From an uncultured Rhodobacteraceae bacterium (GTDB lineage Bacteria; Pseudomonadota; Alphaproteobacteria; Rhodobacterales; Rhodobacteraceae), in assembly GCA_947499725.1 (NCBI GenBank), contig CANMPK010000004.1, forward strand, positions 211,550 to 275,549: 64,000 nucleotides of DNA, in the 5' to 3' direction. The position numbers and the translations under genes were made by a program. The stretch's first letter is position 1, and the number at the start of each line of letters is the position of its first letter. This document shows positions 18,122 to 29,055 of the stretch, one piece after another. The notes under the pieces were generated by a model. That model was not told the origin of the DNA and made no database searches. It worked only from the letters and a program-made list of their open reading frames with translations.

Positions 18122-20536
18122 TTAGTCGTGAAGACCAAGGTCATTCGCTGTTTTCCAGATACGCCAGTGGTCGTGTGGCATATGGCTTTGACGCAGGCCG
18201 AAGGCCTTGAATGCATCGTGCACAGCGTTGGAGAAACAAGGGACGCCGCCAACATGCGGGCTTTCGCCCACGCCTTTGGCGCCAATTGGGTGGTGTGGAG
18301 ACGGGGTGACGGTGTAGTCGGTCTCGTAGTTTGGCACTTCCCATGCGGTTGGCAGGAAGAAGTCCATCAGCGTACCGGTTTTCACGTTGCCCAGTTTGTC
18401 ATAGGCGATCTCTTGACCCAGAGCCACGGCGAGTGCCTCTGTCAGACCCCCATGCACTTGACCTTCGATGATCATCGGGTTGATGCGTGTGCCGCAGTCA
18501 TCCAGCGCATAGAAGCGGCGGATTTCTGGAACACCTGTGTCCACGTCGATGTCCATGACGCAGACATAAGCGCCAAATGGATAGGTCATGTTTGGCGGAT
18601 CGTAGTAGCTGACCGCTTCTAGACCCGGTTCAACGCCCGGGATGGCCTGATTGTAGGCCGCATAGGCGATTTCCTTCATCGTTTTGAACTTCTCAGGCGC
18701 GCCTTTCACCACAAAACGATCCACGTCGAATTCAACGTCGTCGTCATGCACTTCCAGCAGGTAGGCCGCGATCATCTGCGCCTTGGCGCGGATTTTACGA
18801 CCGGCCAGCGCGGTTGCTGCGCCTGCCACAGGTGTGGAGCGAGAGCCGTATGTGCCGAGGCCGTAAGGGGCGGTGTCTGTGTCACCTTCTTCGATGGTGA
18901 TGCTGTCCGAAGGTAGACCGATTTCTGTGGCAAGGATTTGCGCGAAGGTTGTCGCGTGGCCTTGGCCCTGAGAGATCGTGCCCAGACGTGCAATCGCAGA
19001 CCCTGTTGGGTGGATGCGGATTTCACAGCTGTCGAACATGCCCATCCCGAGGATGTCGCAGTTTTTCACAGGACCTGCGCCGACGATTTCGGTGAAGAAA
19101 GTCAGGCCGATGCCCATGAGCTTGCGGGTTTTGCCGGCTTTGAAGTCTTCGATACGCTGGGCTTGCTCTGCGCGCAGGCCTTTGTAATCGACGGTTTCCA
19201 GCGCTTTTTCCCAAGCGGTGTGATAGTCGCCGCTGTCGTATTCCCAACCCAGAGGGGCTTGGTAGGGGAATTGCTCTTTGCTGATGAAGTTCTTCATCCG
19301 CAATTCCGCTGGGTCCATATCCAGTTCAATCGCCAGCACTTCGATCATGCGTTCGATGAAATAGACCGCTTCTGTCACGCGGAAGGAACAGCGGTAAGAC
19401 ACGCCGCCCGGTGCTTTGTTGGTGTAGACACCATCAACGCCCAAATATGCGGTTGGGATGTCGTAAGAGCCGGTACAGATGTTCATGAAACCCGCTGGAT
19501 ATTTGGACGGGTCCGCGCAGGCGTCAAATGCGCCGTGGTCCGCGGTGACGTGGCAGTGCAGGCCGGTGATCTTGCCGTCTTTGGTGGCGGAGATCTTACC
19601 CTTCATCCAGTAGTCACGCGCAAAGGCGGTGGACATCAGGTTTTCCATGCGGTCTTCGACCCATTTGACAGGTTTGCCTGTCACGATGGAGGCCACGATG
19701 GAACACACATAACCCGGATATACGCCCACTTTGTTGCCAAAGCCGCCGCCAATGTCTGGCGCGATGACGCGGATGTTGTGCTCTTCGATGCCGGACAGCA
19801 AGGACGCCACGGTGCGCACAACGTGTGGCGCTTGGAATGTGCCCCACAGTGTTAGCTTGCCGTTGACCTTATCCATTGAGGCCACAGAGCCACATGTTTC
19901 CAGCGGACACGGGTGTGTGCGGTGGTAGTACATGGTTTCTTCGGCCACGACTTCCGCATCGTCCATCACTTGGTTGGTCGCGGTTTCGTCGCCCACTTCC
20001 CATTTGAAGATATGGTTGTGGTGATCGCGCGGGCCGTGGGCGCCGTCGGCTTTTGGATCCAGATCTTCGCGCAGCACCACGTCGGATGTCAGTGCTTCGT
20101 ATGGATCGGTGATGACAGGCATTTCTTCGTAGTCAACTTCGACCAGTTCCACAGCATCCGCTGCGATGTAACGGTCTTCAGCGACAACAAAGGCAACCTC
20201 TTGGCCTTGGAACAGCACTTTGCCGTCTGCCAGAACCATTTGTTTGTCGCCTGCCAGTGTTGGCATCCAGTGCAGGTTCAGCGGCGCGAGGTCTTCGGCG
20301 GTGAGAACCGCTATCACCCCATCGATGGCCATAGCTGCATCGGTGTTGATGGATTTGATGCGTGCGTGGGCATAAGGCGAGCGCACGAAGTCGCCAAACA
20401 GCATGCCTGGCAGTTTTACATCATCGAGGTAGTTGCCTTGGCCTTGGGTGAAGCGGGCATCTTCAACGCGTTTGCGTTCACAGCCCATGCCACCGAGGGC
20501 GCCAATGCGGTCTTCGCGTGTGACGTCGTCTTTCAT
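18122..20536 (-). CDS. coxL: Aerobic carbon monoxide dehydrogenase large subunit, form I
   Basis: Active-site loop [10 protein letters not shown], in coxMSL-DEF order. Real start MKDDVTRED at 20536 (GGAGG RBS, overlaps the coxS stop). Confidence 0.95.
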   Translation of the reverse strand: MKDDVTREDRIGALGGMGCERKRVEDARFTQGQGNYLDDVKLPGMLFGDFVRSPYAHARIKSINTDAAMAIDGVIAVLTAEDLAPLNLHWMPTLAGDKQMVLADGKVLFQGQEVAFVVAEDRYIAADAVELVEVDYEEMPVITDPYEALTSDVVLREDLDPKADGAHGPRDHHNHIFKWEVGDETATNQVMDDAEVVAEETMYYHRTHPCPLETCGSVASMDKVNGKLTLWGTFQAPHVVRTVASLLSGIEEHNIRVIAPDIGGGFGNKVGVYPGYVCSIVASIVTGKPVKWVEDRMENLMSTAFARDYWMKGKISATKDGKITGLHCHVTADHGAFDACADPSKYPAGFMNICTGSYDIPTAYLGVDGVYTNKAPGGVSYRCSFRVTEAVYFIERMIEVLAIELDMDPAELRMKNFISKEQFPYQAPLGWEYDSGDYHTAWEKALETVDYKGLRAEQAQRIEDFKAGKTRKLMGIGLTFFTEIVGAGPVKNCDILGMGMFDSCEIRIHPTGSAIARLGTISQGQGHATTFAQILATEIGLPSDSITIEEGDTDTAPYGLGTYGSRSTPVAGAATALAGRKIRAKAQMIAAYLLEVHDDDVEFDVDRFVVKGAPEKFKTMKEIAYAAYNQAIPGVEPGLEAVSYYDPPNMTYPFGAYVCVMDIDVDTGVPEIRRFYALDDCGTRINPMIIEGQVHGGLTEALAVALGQEIAYDKLGNVKTGTLMDFFLPTAWEVPNYETDYTVTPSPHHPIGAKGVGESPHVGGVPCFSNAVHDAFKAFGLRQSHMPHDHWRIWKTANDLGLHD

Positions 20537-21027
20537 TCTGCCGCCTCCTTCGCTGAGTTCATCTCTGCCGCGGCGGCGAGAATGGATTTCACAATGTTTT
20601 GGTACCCTGTGCAGCGGCAGATGTTGCCTGCCATGCCGAAGCGAACGTCTTCTTCGGTTGGGTTCGGGTTTTCTTCGAGCAGCTTGGCTGCGCGGGTGAT
20701 CATGCCCGGTGTGCAGAAGCCACATTGCAGGCCGTGGTGCTCTTTGAAGGACGATTGCAGAACGTGCAGATTGTCCGGTTCACCCATGCCTTCGATGGTT
20801 GTGATTTCTGCGCCATTGGCTTGCGCCAAGAACATGGTGCAGGATTTCACGGATTTGCCGTCGATGGTGACAGTACAAGCCCCGCAGTGTGTGGTTTCAC
20901 AGCCGATGTGCGGGCCGGTGATGTCCAGACGCTCGCGCAGGGTGTGGATGAGAAGTTCACGTGGCTCGGCCAGAAACTCTTCGTCCTTGCCGTTCACATT
21001 GAGTTTGATGTGCATTTTATCTGACAT
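20533..21027 (-). CDS. coxS: CO dehydrogenase small (2Fe-2S) subunit
   Basis: [16 protein letters not shown] and CRC motifs. Confidence 0.95.
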   Translation of the reverse strand: MSDKMHIKLNVNGKDEEFLAEPRELLIHTLRERLDITGPHIGCETTHCGACTVTIDGKSVKSCTMFLAQANGAEITTIEGMGEPDNLHVLQSSFKEHHGLQCGFCTPGMITRAAKLLEENPNPTEEDVRFGMAGNICRCTGYQNIVKSILAAAAEMNSAKEAAE

Positions 21028-21037
21028 GTGCAGTCTC

Positions 21038-21889
21038 CTATGCCCGTGACCATGCGCGCTCGATGGCGCGGCGCAGGATCACGCCTGCAACGTGTTTCTT
21101 GAAAGCGATCGGGCCGCGGTTGTCCTCGGTTGGATCGATGTCACCGAGCATGGCGTCGATGGCGGCTTTGATGGCGGCGTCATCCACGGATGTGCCCACA
21201 AGCGCCTCGCTGGCTTCTTCGGAATAGATCGGCGTGTCGGACAGGTTGGTCATCGCGATTTGAGCGCCGGTGCATGTGCCGCCGTCTTTCACGATTTGAA
21301 CCGCCGCCGCCGCTGTGGCGTAGTCACCGATTTTGCGCTTTTGCTTTTCGTAAGCGAAGCCACCCTGCGGGGCAGGGAAGGACACGGCTGTCAGCACTTC
21401 TTCGTCTTCACGGTCGGTCATATAGGCCGCTTCGTAGAAGTCGCGGGCAGAGACATCGCGTTCGCCTTCTGGGCCAACCAAGTGGAAGGTCGCATCAAGG
21501 CATTGCATCAGGCCCGGCATGTCGTTGCCTGGGTCGCCATTGGCGACGTTGCCGCCCAATGTTCCCATGTAACGCACTTGCGGGTCTGCGATTTGCAGCG
21601 CGGCTTCTTTCAGGATCGGCGCGGCGGCTTCAAGTGCGGCGTCGTTGATCAAAGCGTTTTGTGTGGTCATTGCGCCGATACGGATCGTATCTGCTACGGT
21701 GATACCGGATAGACCTTCTACATCTTGCAGGTCGATCAGGTGAGGCACTTCGGCCATGCGCAGCTTCATCATAGGGATCAGGCTGTGACCCCCTGCCATG
21801 ACGCGCGCATCGTCCCCGTGTTCCTCTAGGATGGCGAGAACGCCCTCCATATCTTTGGGTCGATAGTATTCGAATGCCGCTGGAATCAT
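21038..21889 (-). CDS. coxM: CO dehydrogenase medium (FAD) subunit
   Basis: [13 protein letters not shown] and [14 protein letters not shown] motifs. Confidence 0.95.
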   Translation of the reverse strand: MIPAAFEYYRPKDMEGVLAILEEHGDDARVMAGGHSLIPMMKLRMAEVPHLIDLQDVEGLSGITVADTIRIGAMTTQNALINDAALEAAAPILKEAALQIADPQVRYMGTLGGNVANGDPGNDMPGLMQCLDATFHLVGPEGERDVSARDFYEAAYMTDREDEEVLTAVSFPAPQGGFAYEKQKRKIGDYATAAAAVQIVKDGGTCTGAQIAMTNLSDTPIYSEEASEALVGTSVDDAAIKAAIDAMLGDIDPTEDNRGPIAFKKHVAGVILRRAIERAWSRA

Positions 21890-22000
21890 CGGCTCTCCTC
21901 CCTTGAAGCTTCAGTTCTGGCTGAGGGAGAGCTTGCATGCGTCGGTATACGGAGGCCCGCTAAAACACCTTATTTTCGCGGGTTTTGCACGAAATGCGCG

Positions 22001-23179
22001 TTAGCCTGCACCAAGTGCGCCTTGGTTTGCGCCCACGAGGTCTTGGATTTCCTTGAGCTTAGAGCGACTCACCGGAACCGGTGGCAAGCTGTCTGTGCTG
22101 AAGGTGCAGCGGCCTTTGTCTTTTTCGCGTTCGAAGCGGGCGATCTTGTCTGGGTTCACCAGATAGGAGCGGTGGGTTTGCACAAAACCGACGGCTTGTA
22201 GGCGTTTGGTGGCCTCGTTGATGGGCCAGACGCAGAACAGGCGATCTTGGTCAGTGTAGATCTGCGTGTAGTGGCCATCGGCGCGCACAAAGGCGATTTC
22301 ACTTGGGGCGATGAAGACTTTGCGGCCCTCACGCTCGCACGGGATTTGCAGGGCCATTGGGGCCGGTGCTGGTTCTGGTGTGGGCGCTTGCGGTGCATTG
22401 GCGGCTGTGGGGGCTTGGCTTGCGCGTGTGGCTGCGGTTTGGGTTTGGCCAAGGTAGGTGGTGGAGACCCACATGCAGGCGCCGAAGATCACGAAGCTGG
22501 TCATGATGACGCCGATGGCGAGGATTTCGTTGCTCATGGCGGGGCCGAAGTCGCCATCGCTTGGCACGGCAACGAAATTGGTGCCGGCCATTGCAAGGAA
22601 GTGCACCGAGGCCACGGCAATGCCAAAGCAGAGCGTGGCGAGAAAGATATTGCGGTTGTTGCGATGTCGGTAGGCGACCCATGTGGCGAGCATACAGGCC
22701 AGAACCGCCACGATGGACGAGAGCGCCACGCCCGGCACGGTGTAGACCGCTTTGCAGAGTTGCAGACCCGCCATGCCCACGTAGTGCATGACCAGAACGC
22801 CGATGCCCAGCCAGCCGCCAGACAGCAGAATGGCGGTGTTGGTGCGCGGCGCGAAGTGCAGCACGATCAGCGCGATGGCCACGATCAGGATCGCCAGAAG
22901 CGCTGAGGCCAGCGTGATGGCGGCGTCGTAGTAGAACAGGATCGGGAATTGTAGGCCCAGCATGGCGACGAAGTGCATCGACCAAATGCCGCCGCCTAAA
23001 GAGACCGAGGCAAGGGCGATCGACAGCTTGCGCTGACCGTCGCTTTTCTGGGACAAATTGCGGGTCAAAGACAGGCCGGTGAAGCCCGCAATAAGTGCCA
23101 CAAGACACCCGAAGGCGACCAGAAAAGGGTTATGGCTGAAGTCCAGAAACTGGAGCTGGCTTAACTCTGTGATTGACAT
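22001..23179 (-). CDS. coxC: MHYT membrane sensor + LytTR DNA-binding regulator (CoxC-like)
   Basis: MHFV/MHYV/VHFL repeats in TM helices, a Pro/Ala linker, and LytTR motifs ADGHYT and THRSYLVN. Directly upstream of coxM. Confidence 0.8.
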   Translation of the reverse strand: MSITELSQLQFLDFSHNPFLVAFGCLVALIAGFTGLSLTRNLSQKSDGQRKLSIALASVSLGGGIWSMHFVAMLGLQFPILFYYDAAITLASALLAILIVAIALIVLHFAPRTNTAILLSGGWLGIGVLVMHYVGMAGLQLCKAVYTVPGVALSSIVAVLACMLATWVAYRHRNNRNIFLATLCFGIAVASVHFLAMAGTNFVAVPSDGDFGPAMSNEILAIGVIMTSFVIFGACMWVSTTYLGQTQTAATRASQAPTAANAPQAPTPEPAPAPMALQIPCEREGRKVFIAPSEIAFVRADGHYTQIYTDQDRLFCVWPINEATKRLQAVGFVQTHRSYLVNPDKIARFEREKDKGRCTFSTDSLPPVPVSRSKLKEIQDLVGANQGALGAG

Positions 23180-23351
23180 TCGGGCATCGTGCCCAATTTG
23201 CGATCAAAAAACAATTCATCTGTTGTACAATTTTGCGATAGCTGTAGGGCGCTGATTTTGAACGGAAAATTGAGTTTTTGCGAATGTGTGGGCCAGCTTT
23301 AAGCGCAGGGTTGTACGGCGCGGCGCGGGCTCGCGTTTTTTCTGGTGGGAT

Positions 23352-26153
23352 TTAGACGGGGCCCAGCAGGTGGTCGCGCAGGGCTTCGATCGGGTGTTGG
23401 GCGCGTTGATCTGAGAAGCGTTGCACTTGGCAGCGGCAGGAAAATCCGGTGGCGAGGATTGGGGTGTCTGCGGCGTCGATTTTTTCGCGCCAAGAGAGGT
23501 CGAAAAGGCGTTTGGAAATGGCCTGTTTTTCCGCCTCGTGGCCGAAGGTGCCCGCCATGCCGCAGCATCCTGTTTGAGGCGTTTCTGAGGGGATGCCGTA
23601 GCGTTGTAGGATGCTGGACCAGCGTTGGCGAATTTGCGGATCGGCGCTGGTCTCGGTGCAATGGGTGAAGAGGCTGACGCCCTTGAGGCTTTGCACGGGA
23701 TTGATGGGGGCCGGCAGGGCGAGGAGCGCTTGGTCGATGGGGGTGATTTGGGGCAGTTCGATCCCTAGGTCGGCGTATTCACTTGCAAACATCGCGGCGA
23801 AGGCGGGTTCTAGCGCGATGAGTTGCGCGCCCTGTTCTTGCAGCGATTTCAAGTGGGTGATGGTTTTGCGCGCGGTCTTGTCGAAGGCCTTTGTGCGGCC
23901 AAGCACATGGGCGGGTTTGCCTGTGTTTAGGGGTTTGGAAATGGTTGCCTTGTAGCCGAGGTGGTCAAACACCTGCTGGGCGGCGTGCAGCACGGCGGTG
24001 TCGAAGGTGGCGAGGAAGCTGTCGGCGATCAGGATGACCTTGGCGTTTTTGTTTGGTTTGCGGCGCAGGCGCTGGACCTTGGGTAGGTCGACAAGGCCGA
24101 ATGACTTGAGCATTGGCGCGAGGGATCTCATTCCCGCGTTTGTAACCGCTGGGGAGAGGCGCATGAGGGGGGCGAGCGGTTCTAGCAGGCTTAGCAGATG
24201 ATGGGCGCGGGGGCGTTTATGGGTCTCGTAGTAGCGCGCGTAGAAGTGGCTGCGCATTTTGGGGATGTCGACTTTGACAGGGCAACTGGAGGCGCAGGCT
24301 TTGCAGCCGAGGCAGTCGGACAGGCTTTCGTGCAGTTTGGCTTCGAGCGCTGGGAGATCGGGGTGTGGTGTGGGTTGCGACTGCATGCGCGCCCAGTTGC
24401 GCAGCAGGACCGCGCGCGCTTTTGGGGTTTTGGTGCGATCGCCTGTGGCTTTATAGGACGGGCACATGGCGTCCTCAAAGGCGCGGCCCATGCATTGGCC
24501 GTTGCCGTTGCATTTGATGGCGAGGGCGAGAGGTTCGCTGAGGACTGGCGAGATTTGCGCATCAAGTGGGCCGCGGAAGGGAACGGCATCCAGAGCGGTG
24601 AGGGGCTGTTTGGCCGAGGGCATGGCGATTTTACCGGGGTTCAGGAGGCCCAGCGGGTCAAACATGGCTTTGATGTCGCACATGGCTTGGTAGAGGCGTG
24701 CGCCATAGACCGATGGGCCGTATTCGCCGCGAAAGCCCTTGCCGTGTTCGCCCCAGATCAAGCCTTTGTGTTGCAGCGCCAGCGCGTTCACCTGGTCAGA
24801 GACCTTGCGGATCATGGCGGCGTCTTCGGGTTTGCGCATGTCCAGCGCGGGGCGTACGTGGACGCAGCCGACATCCGCATGGCCGAACATGCCGTATTGC
24901 AGGCCTTCAGCATCGAGAATGTCGCGGAAGCCTTCGACGAAATCGGCGAGACGTTCTGCGGGTACAGCGGCATCTTCGACGAAGGGGGTGCCTTGGCGGG
25001 TTGGGTCCATGCGGCCCAGTAATCCCACGCATTTCGACCGCAATTGCCAGAGTTCAGCGATGGTTTGCGCGTCGCTGACGGCCTGCGTTTGGATCAGGCT
25101 GGTGGGGGCGTTTTTGAGTGTTGTCAGTTGGTTCAGGTTGGTTTGAAGGGCCTCGGGCGTGTCTGCGATGACCTCGGCGAAGTTCAGGCCTTTGACGGGG
25201 GTGCCTTTGGTGTCCAGAACGCCCGCGATGCTTTCCCAGACTGGGTCTTGCTGGGCGAGAGTGAGGATTTTGTCGTCGATAAATTCGATGGCGGCGGGAT
25301 CGGCGGTGACGAGACGGGGCACGTCGCGCAGGGCCTGCATCATGTCGCTGTAGGCGAAGACCACGAGCGCCTTGTGTTTGGGTTTGGGCAGAAGGCGCAG
25401 TTTGAGGCGTTTGGTGAGGGCCAGCGTGCCTTCGGAGCCGCAGAGCAGTTTGATCAAGCTGCCTTGGGCGGCGTCTTGCAGGTTATAGCCGGTCAGGCCG
25501 CGGTTCATCACAGGGAATGTGCGGGTGATCTCGGGGATTTCTGGCGCGAGGCGCTTGGTGATTTGATCTGTTTGATCTGTCGCGTCGTCTGTGTGCAGGG
25601 GGGCGCCACTTGGCAGCACGGCTTCGATGGAAAGCACATGATCAGAGGTGCGTCCGTAGATGCGGGAGCCTTTGCCGGACGCATCTGTGGCGGCCATGCC
25701 GCCCAAGGTCGCGCGGGAGGCGGTAGAAACCGTGGGGGCAAAGAACAGCCCGTGCTTGCCTGCGACTTGGTTGAGTTGATCGAGGATCACGCCGGGTTGC
25801 ACGATGGCATAGCGTTCTGTGGCGTTGATCTCTTCGATTTGGGTGAGGTAGCGGCTGCAATCCACGCAAATGCGATCGGTTAGGGATTGGCCGTTTGTGC
25901 CAGTGCCGCCGCCGCGGGGGGTAATGGCAAGGGCGGCGGCACTGGAGGCCCGCGCGATCCGGCTTAGGTCGTCCGGTTCGCGCGGGAATACGACTGCCAA
26001 AGGGTGCAGTTCGTACACGGAGTTATCTGTGGCGAAGACAGCGCGGGTGCCGATGTCATCTGCGATGTCACCGGTGAACCCGCTGGCTTTGAGCTGCGCG
26101 GTGAACCGCGCGAGCTTGTCGCTGGCGTCTGCTTTGTCTGTGCCATCCGGCAT
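23352..26153 (-). CDS. ydiJ: FAD-binding Fe-S oxidoreductase, probable D-2-hydroxyglutarate dehydrogenase (YdiJ type)
   Basis: RGGGTGTNGQS, GEHGKG, CNGNGQC, CLGCKACASSCP and CCGMAG motifs. Coupled (TAATG) to hglS. Confidence 0.8.
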   Translation of the reverse strand: MPDGTDKADASDKLARFTAQLKASGFTGDIADDIGTRAVFATDNSVYELHPLAVVFPREPDDLSRIARASSAAALAITPRGGGTGTNGQSLTDRICVDCSRYLTQIEEINATERYAIVQPGVILDQLNQVAGKHGLFFAPTVSTASRATLGGMAATDASGKGSRIYGRTSDHVLSIEAVLPSGAPLHTDDATDQTDQITKRLAPEIPEITRTFPVMNRGLTGYNLQDAAQGSLIKLLCGSEGTLALTKRLKLRLLPKPKHKALVVFAYSDMMQALRDVPRLVTADPAAIEFIDDKILTLAQQDPVWESIAGVLDTKGTPVKGLNFAEVIADTPEALQTNLNQLTTLKNAPTSLIQTQAVSDAQTIAELWQLRSKCVGLLGRMDPTRQGTPFVEDAAVPAERLADFVEGFRDILDAEGLQYGMFGHADVGCVHVRPALDMRKPEDAAMIRKVSDQVNALALQHKGLIWGEHGKGFRGEYGPSVYGARLYQAMCDIKAMFDPLGLLNPGKIAMPSAKQPLTALDAVPFRGPLDAQISPVLSEPLALAIKCNGNGQCMGRAFEDAMCPSYKATGDRTKTPKARAVLLRNWARMQSQPTPHPDLPALEAKLHESLSDCLGCKACASSCPVKVDIPKMRSHFYARYYETHKRPRAHHLLSLLEPLAPLMRLSPAVTNAGMRSLAPMLKSFGLVDLPKVQRLRRKPNKNAKVILIADSFLATFDTAVLHAAQQVFDHLGYKATISKPLNTGKPAHVLGRTKAFDKTARKTITHLKSLQEQGAQLIALEPAFAAMFASEYADLGIELPQITPIDQALLALPAPINPVQSLKGVSLFTHCTETSADPQIRQRWSSILQRYGIPSETPQTGCCGMAGTFGHEAEKQAISKRLFDLSWREKIDAADTPILATGFSCRCQVQRFSDQRAQHPIEALRDHLLGPV

Positions 26154-27517
26154 TAGGCGGCCTTGGTTTTGGCGATCAGATGGGTTTGGCCAAGGGCGGT
26201 GAGCGCCTCGGTCAGGCTGTCGTTTTGAATGCGCGCATAGAGTGCCATTTCGTCGGTCACCTTTGCGCCTAGAGCGGTTTCAAAGGCGTCTTGGTTGGCA
26301 TTGGCGCTGTAGTTGGAGTGATCGTCCGCGCCAAGATTGGATTGGAAGATGCCTGCGGCAGAGACCGGCAGGAAATCTTCGTAGACCTGTGGATCTGCGA
26401 TGAGCGCGCCTGACGCGATCAGATCGTCGATGCTGTCGGCCTGCGGAGCGGTGCCTTCTGCGCGGTATTGGAAGAAGGCGAGGCCTTCGCGGCGCATGGC
26501 GTCATGGCCATCGGTGAAGTCTGCGAAGGCTGTGTTGAGGCAGGTGTCGTAAGGGGCCTCGCCTTTGCTGGCTTCGGCGCGGGCAGCTTTCAGGGTGGTA
26601 TCATAGAGCGCGCGGCCCTTTGGGGTGAGCGCGACGCCACGCTGTTCGATTTCGCCAAAGCGGGCGGTGTGGTGACCGGCTTCGCCTTGGAAGATCACCT
26701 GTTCTTCGAGGGCTTTGAAGGATGTTTGGCGCAGCAGGATGTCGGCCGTGCGGCGCGGTGGGCCTTCGATTACGGCTTTGGGGTCGATGCCGCGTTTTGG
26801 CATTTCGGCTTGTACGGCGTCGATGTCCAAAGTGCGCGGGGTCAGGTGGTTGATGTGCGGGCCTTTGAAGCTGACCACATCGGCGATCAGGCGGTGGGCT
26901 TCTACGAGATCGTTGTAGGTTTGCGCATCCACCGTGGCCTCTGCGTGCCAGCGGAAGGTTTCTAGCGCTTGGTTCACGAAGGTGACGGCTTGGCTTTTGG
27001 TCAGGCCGCCTTGGGACTCGGCGGTTTGGATCATTTCCAGTGCGCCATCGGTGACGATTTGGCGTTTGGAGAGGATGGTTTCGGCCTTTGCAGCCAAGGC
27101 GCGATCTTCGACGAGATCGAGCCGCAAAAGGGATGTGAAGACGCGGAACGGGTTGCGTTTTAGCGCCGCGTCTTCAACGGGACGAAAGGCTGTGGAGTGC
27201 ACGGGAATGCCTGCCACAGACAGATCGTAGTAGCCCACGGGGTACATGCCCATCACCGCGAACATGCGGCGGATCAGGGAAAGTTCCTCGGGGGTGCCTA
27301 AGCGAATGGCCCCATGACGTTCGACATCCAGTCGATCCAGTTCGTCCGCGGCCTTAAGGCGCGCGTGCAAGTCTGGGTCCGCCTTTAGGGTGGCGGCGTT
27401 CACATCATGCACCAGATCGATCAGCGTGCCGTATTGGGGCACTTCGGTGCGGTACATGTCGGACATGGCCTGCGAGAACAGGCTGCGGATGTCATCTGGG
27501 TGAAAGAAAGACGTCAT
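26153..27517 (-). CDS. hglS: 2-oxoadipate dioxygenase/decarboxylase (DUF1338, HglS/YdcJ)
   Basis: ERHGAIRLGT, HINHLTPRTLDID, EIEQRG and YEDFLPVSAAGIFQSNL motifs. Confidence 0.9.
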   Translation of the reverse strand: MTSFFHPDDIRSLFSQAMSDMYRTEVPQYGTLIDLVHDVNAATLKADPDLHARLKAADELDRLDVERHGAIRLGTPEELSLIRRMFAVMGMYPVGYYDLSVAGIPVHSTAFRPVEDAALKRNPFRVFTSLLRLDLVEDRALAAKAETILSKRQIVTDGALEMIQTAESQGGLTKSQAVTFVNQALETFRWHAEATVDAQTYNDLVEAHRLIADVVSFKGPHINHLTPRTLDIDAVQAEMPKRGIDPKAVIEGPPRRTADILLRQTSFKALEEQVIFQGEAGHHTARFGEIEQRGVALTPKGRALYDTTLKAARAEASKGEAPYDTCLNTAFADFTDGHDAMRREGLAFFQYRAEGTAPQADSIDDLIASGALIADPQVYEDFLPVSAAGIFQSNLGADDHSNYSANANQDAFETALGAKVTDEMALYARIQNDSLTEALTALGQTHLIAKTKAA

Positions 27518-27532
27518 GGGGTTGGCCTGTGC

Positions 27533-29032
27533 TTAGATGTCGAAGGAGACGCCCTGCGCCAGAGGCAGCGCAGCGGAGTAGTTCACGGTGGAGGTTTGGC
27601 GACGCATGTAGCCTTTCCACGCATCAGAGCCGCTTTCGCGCCCGCCGCCGGTTTCTTTTTCGCCGCCGAATGCGCCGCCGATTTCAGCGCCTGATGGGCC
27701 GATGTTGACGTTGGCGATGCCGCAGTCGGAGCCGGATGCAGAGATGAAGGTTTCTGCTTCGCGCACGTTCAGTGTGAAGATGCAGGAGGACAGGCCTTGC
27801 GGAACGTCGTTTTGCAGCTCGATCGCTTCGTCCAGCGTGTCGTATTCCATGACATACATGATCGGCACGAAGGTTTCGGTTTTCACGGTCTCTGTTTGGC
27901 CCGGCATTTCGACCAGCGCTGGGGCGACATATGCACCGCCCGGAACGCCTTCGGTGACGGCCGCGCCGCCGAAGACAACGCCGCCTTCGGCTTTGGCAGA
28001 GGCCAGCGCGGATTGCATCGCGTCCAGAGCGCCTTGGTCGACCAGTGGGCCAATCAATGTGCTGTCTTCGCGTGGATCGCCAATCGGCAGGCTGGCGTAA
28101 GCGGCTTTGAGTTTCTCGACAAGCTCTGTCTTGATGGATTTATGCACGATCAGGCGGCGCAGGGTTGTGCAGCGTTGGCCTGCTGTACCGACAGCAGAGA
28201 AGACGATACCGCGCACGGCCATATCTAGGTCAGCGGATGGCGCCACGATCATAGCGTTGTTGCCGCCCAGTTCCAGGATAGAGCGGCCCCAGCGTGCGGC
28301 CACTTTTGGGCCAACGATGCTGCCCATGCGGGTGGAGCCTGTGGCGGAGATGATTGGAACGTCTTTGGAATCCACCAGCGCTGCGCCAAGGTCTGCGCCG
28401 CCGATCACCAGTTGGCTGAGGCCTTCTGGCGCGTCATCGCCAAAGCGCGCAACTGCGCGGTCAAAGATTTTCTGGCAAGCCATGGCTGTCAGCGGGGTCT
28501 TTTCGGATGGTTTCCAGATCACCGGATCGCCGCAGATCAGCGCCAGAGCCGCGTTCCAAGACCAAACAGCCACTGGGAAGTTAAACGCAGAGATCACGCC
28601 AACTGGACCCATTGGGTGCCAAGTTTCGGTCATCTTGTGGCCTGGGCGTTCGGAGGCGATTGTCAGACCGTAGAGCTGGCGGGATTGACCCACTGCGAAA
28701 TCGCAGATGTCGATCATCTCTTGCACTTCGCCGAGGCCTTCGGACGTGATTTTACCAGCTTCCAGCGTCACCAAAGCGCCAAGGGCGTCTTTGCTGGCGC
28801 GCAGCTCTTCGCCCAGCAGGCGGACAAGTTCGCCGCGGCGAGGGGCAGGGACGGTGCGCCATGCTTTGAACGCCTCTTGAGATTTGGCGATAACGCCGGC
28901 CATATCGGCGACGGGCAGTTCAGCCACTTGCGCGACTTCTGCGCCATCTACAGGTGATGTGACTGTCAGCGTGCCGCCGGTCAGTTCGTCTTGTGTGAAG
29001 TCTAGGTTTTTAAGGACGGTTGCGTGATCCAT
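27533..29032 (-). CDS. amaB: Aminoadipate-semialdehyde / piperideine-6-carboxylate dehydrogenase (ALDH7 family)
   Basis: ISAFNFPVAVW, LELGGNNA, TAGQRCT and GAEIGGAFGGEKETGGGRESGSD motifs. Confidence 0.85.
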   Translation of the reverse strand: MDHATVLKNLDFTQDELTGGTLTVTSPVDGAEVAQVAELPVADMAGVIAKSQEAFKAWRTVPAPRRGELVRLLGEELRASKDALGALVTLEAGKITSEGLGEVQEMIDICDFAVGQSRQLYGLTIASERPGHKMTETWHPMGPVGVISAFNFPVAVWSWNAALALICGDPVIWKPSEKTPLTAMACQKIFDRAVARFGDDAPEGLSQLVIGGADLGAALVDSKDVPIISATGSTRMGSIVGPKVAARWGRSILELGGNNAMIVAPSADLDMAVRGIVFSAVGTAGQRCTTLRRLIVHKSIKTELVEKLKAAYASLPIGDPREDSTLIGPLVDQGALDAMQSALASAKAEGGVVFGGAAVTEGVPGGAYVAPALVEMPGQTETVKTETFVPIMYVMEYDTLDEAIELQNDVPQGLSSCIFTLNVREAETFISASGSDCGIANVNIGPSGAEIGGAFGGEKETGGGRESGSDAWKGYMRRQTSTVNYSAALPLAQGVSFDI

Positions 29033-29055
29033 TTGGGTCTCCAGTGTCGGGGCGC

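Noticed and set aside
18122-20725. Long N-terminal extensions given by the ORF track for coxL, coxE, mocA, lldD, the transglutaminase and others
   Set aside because: They overlap upstream genes in another frame. Downstream starts with an RBS or stop-start overlap fit better.
21890-22000. RcoM/LytTR-type TTnnnG repeats at 21-bp period upstream of coxM
   Set aside because: Only one good TTCGTG was found, and the positions 21 and 42 bp away do not match.
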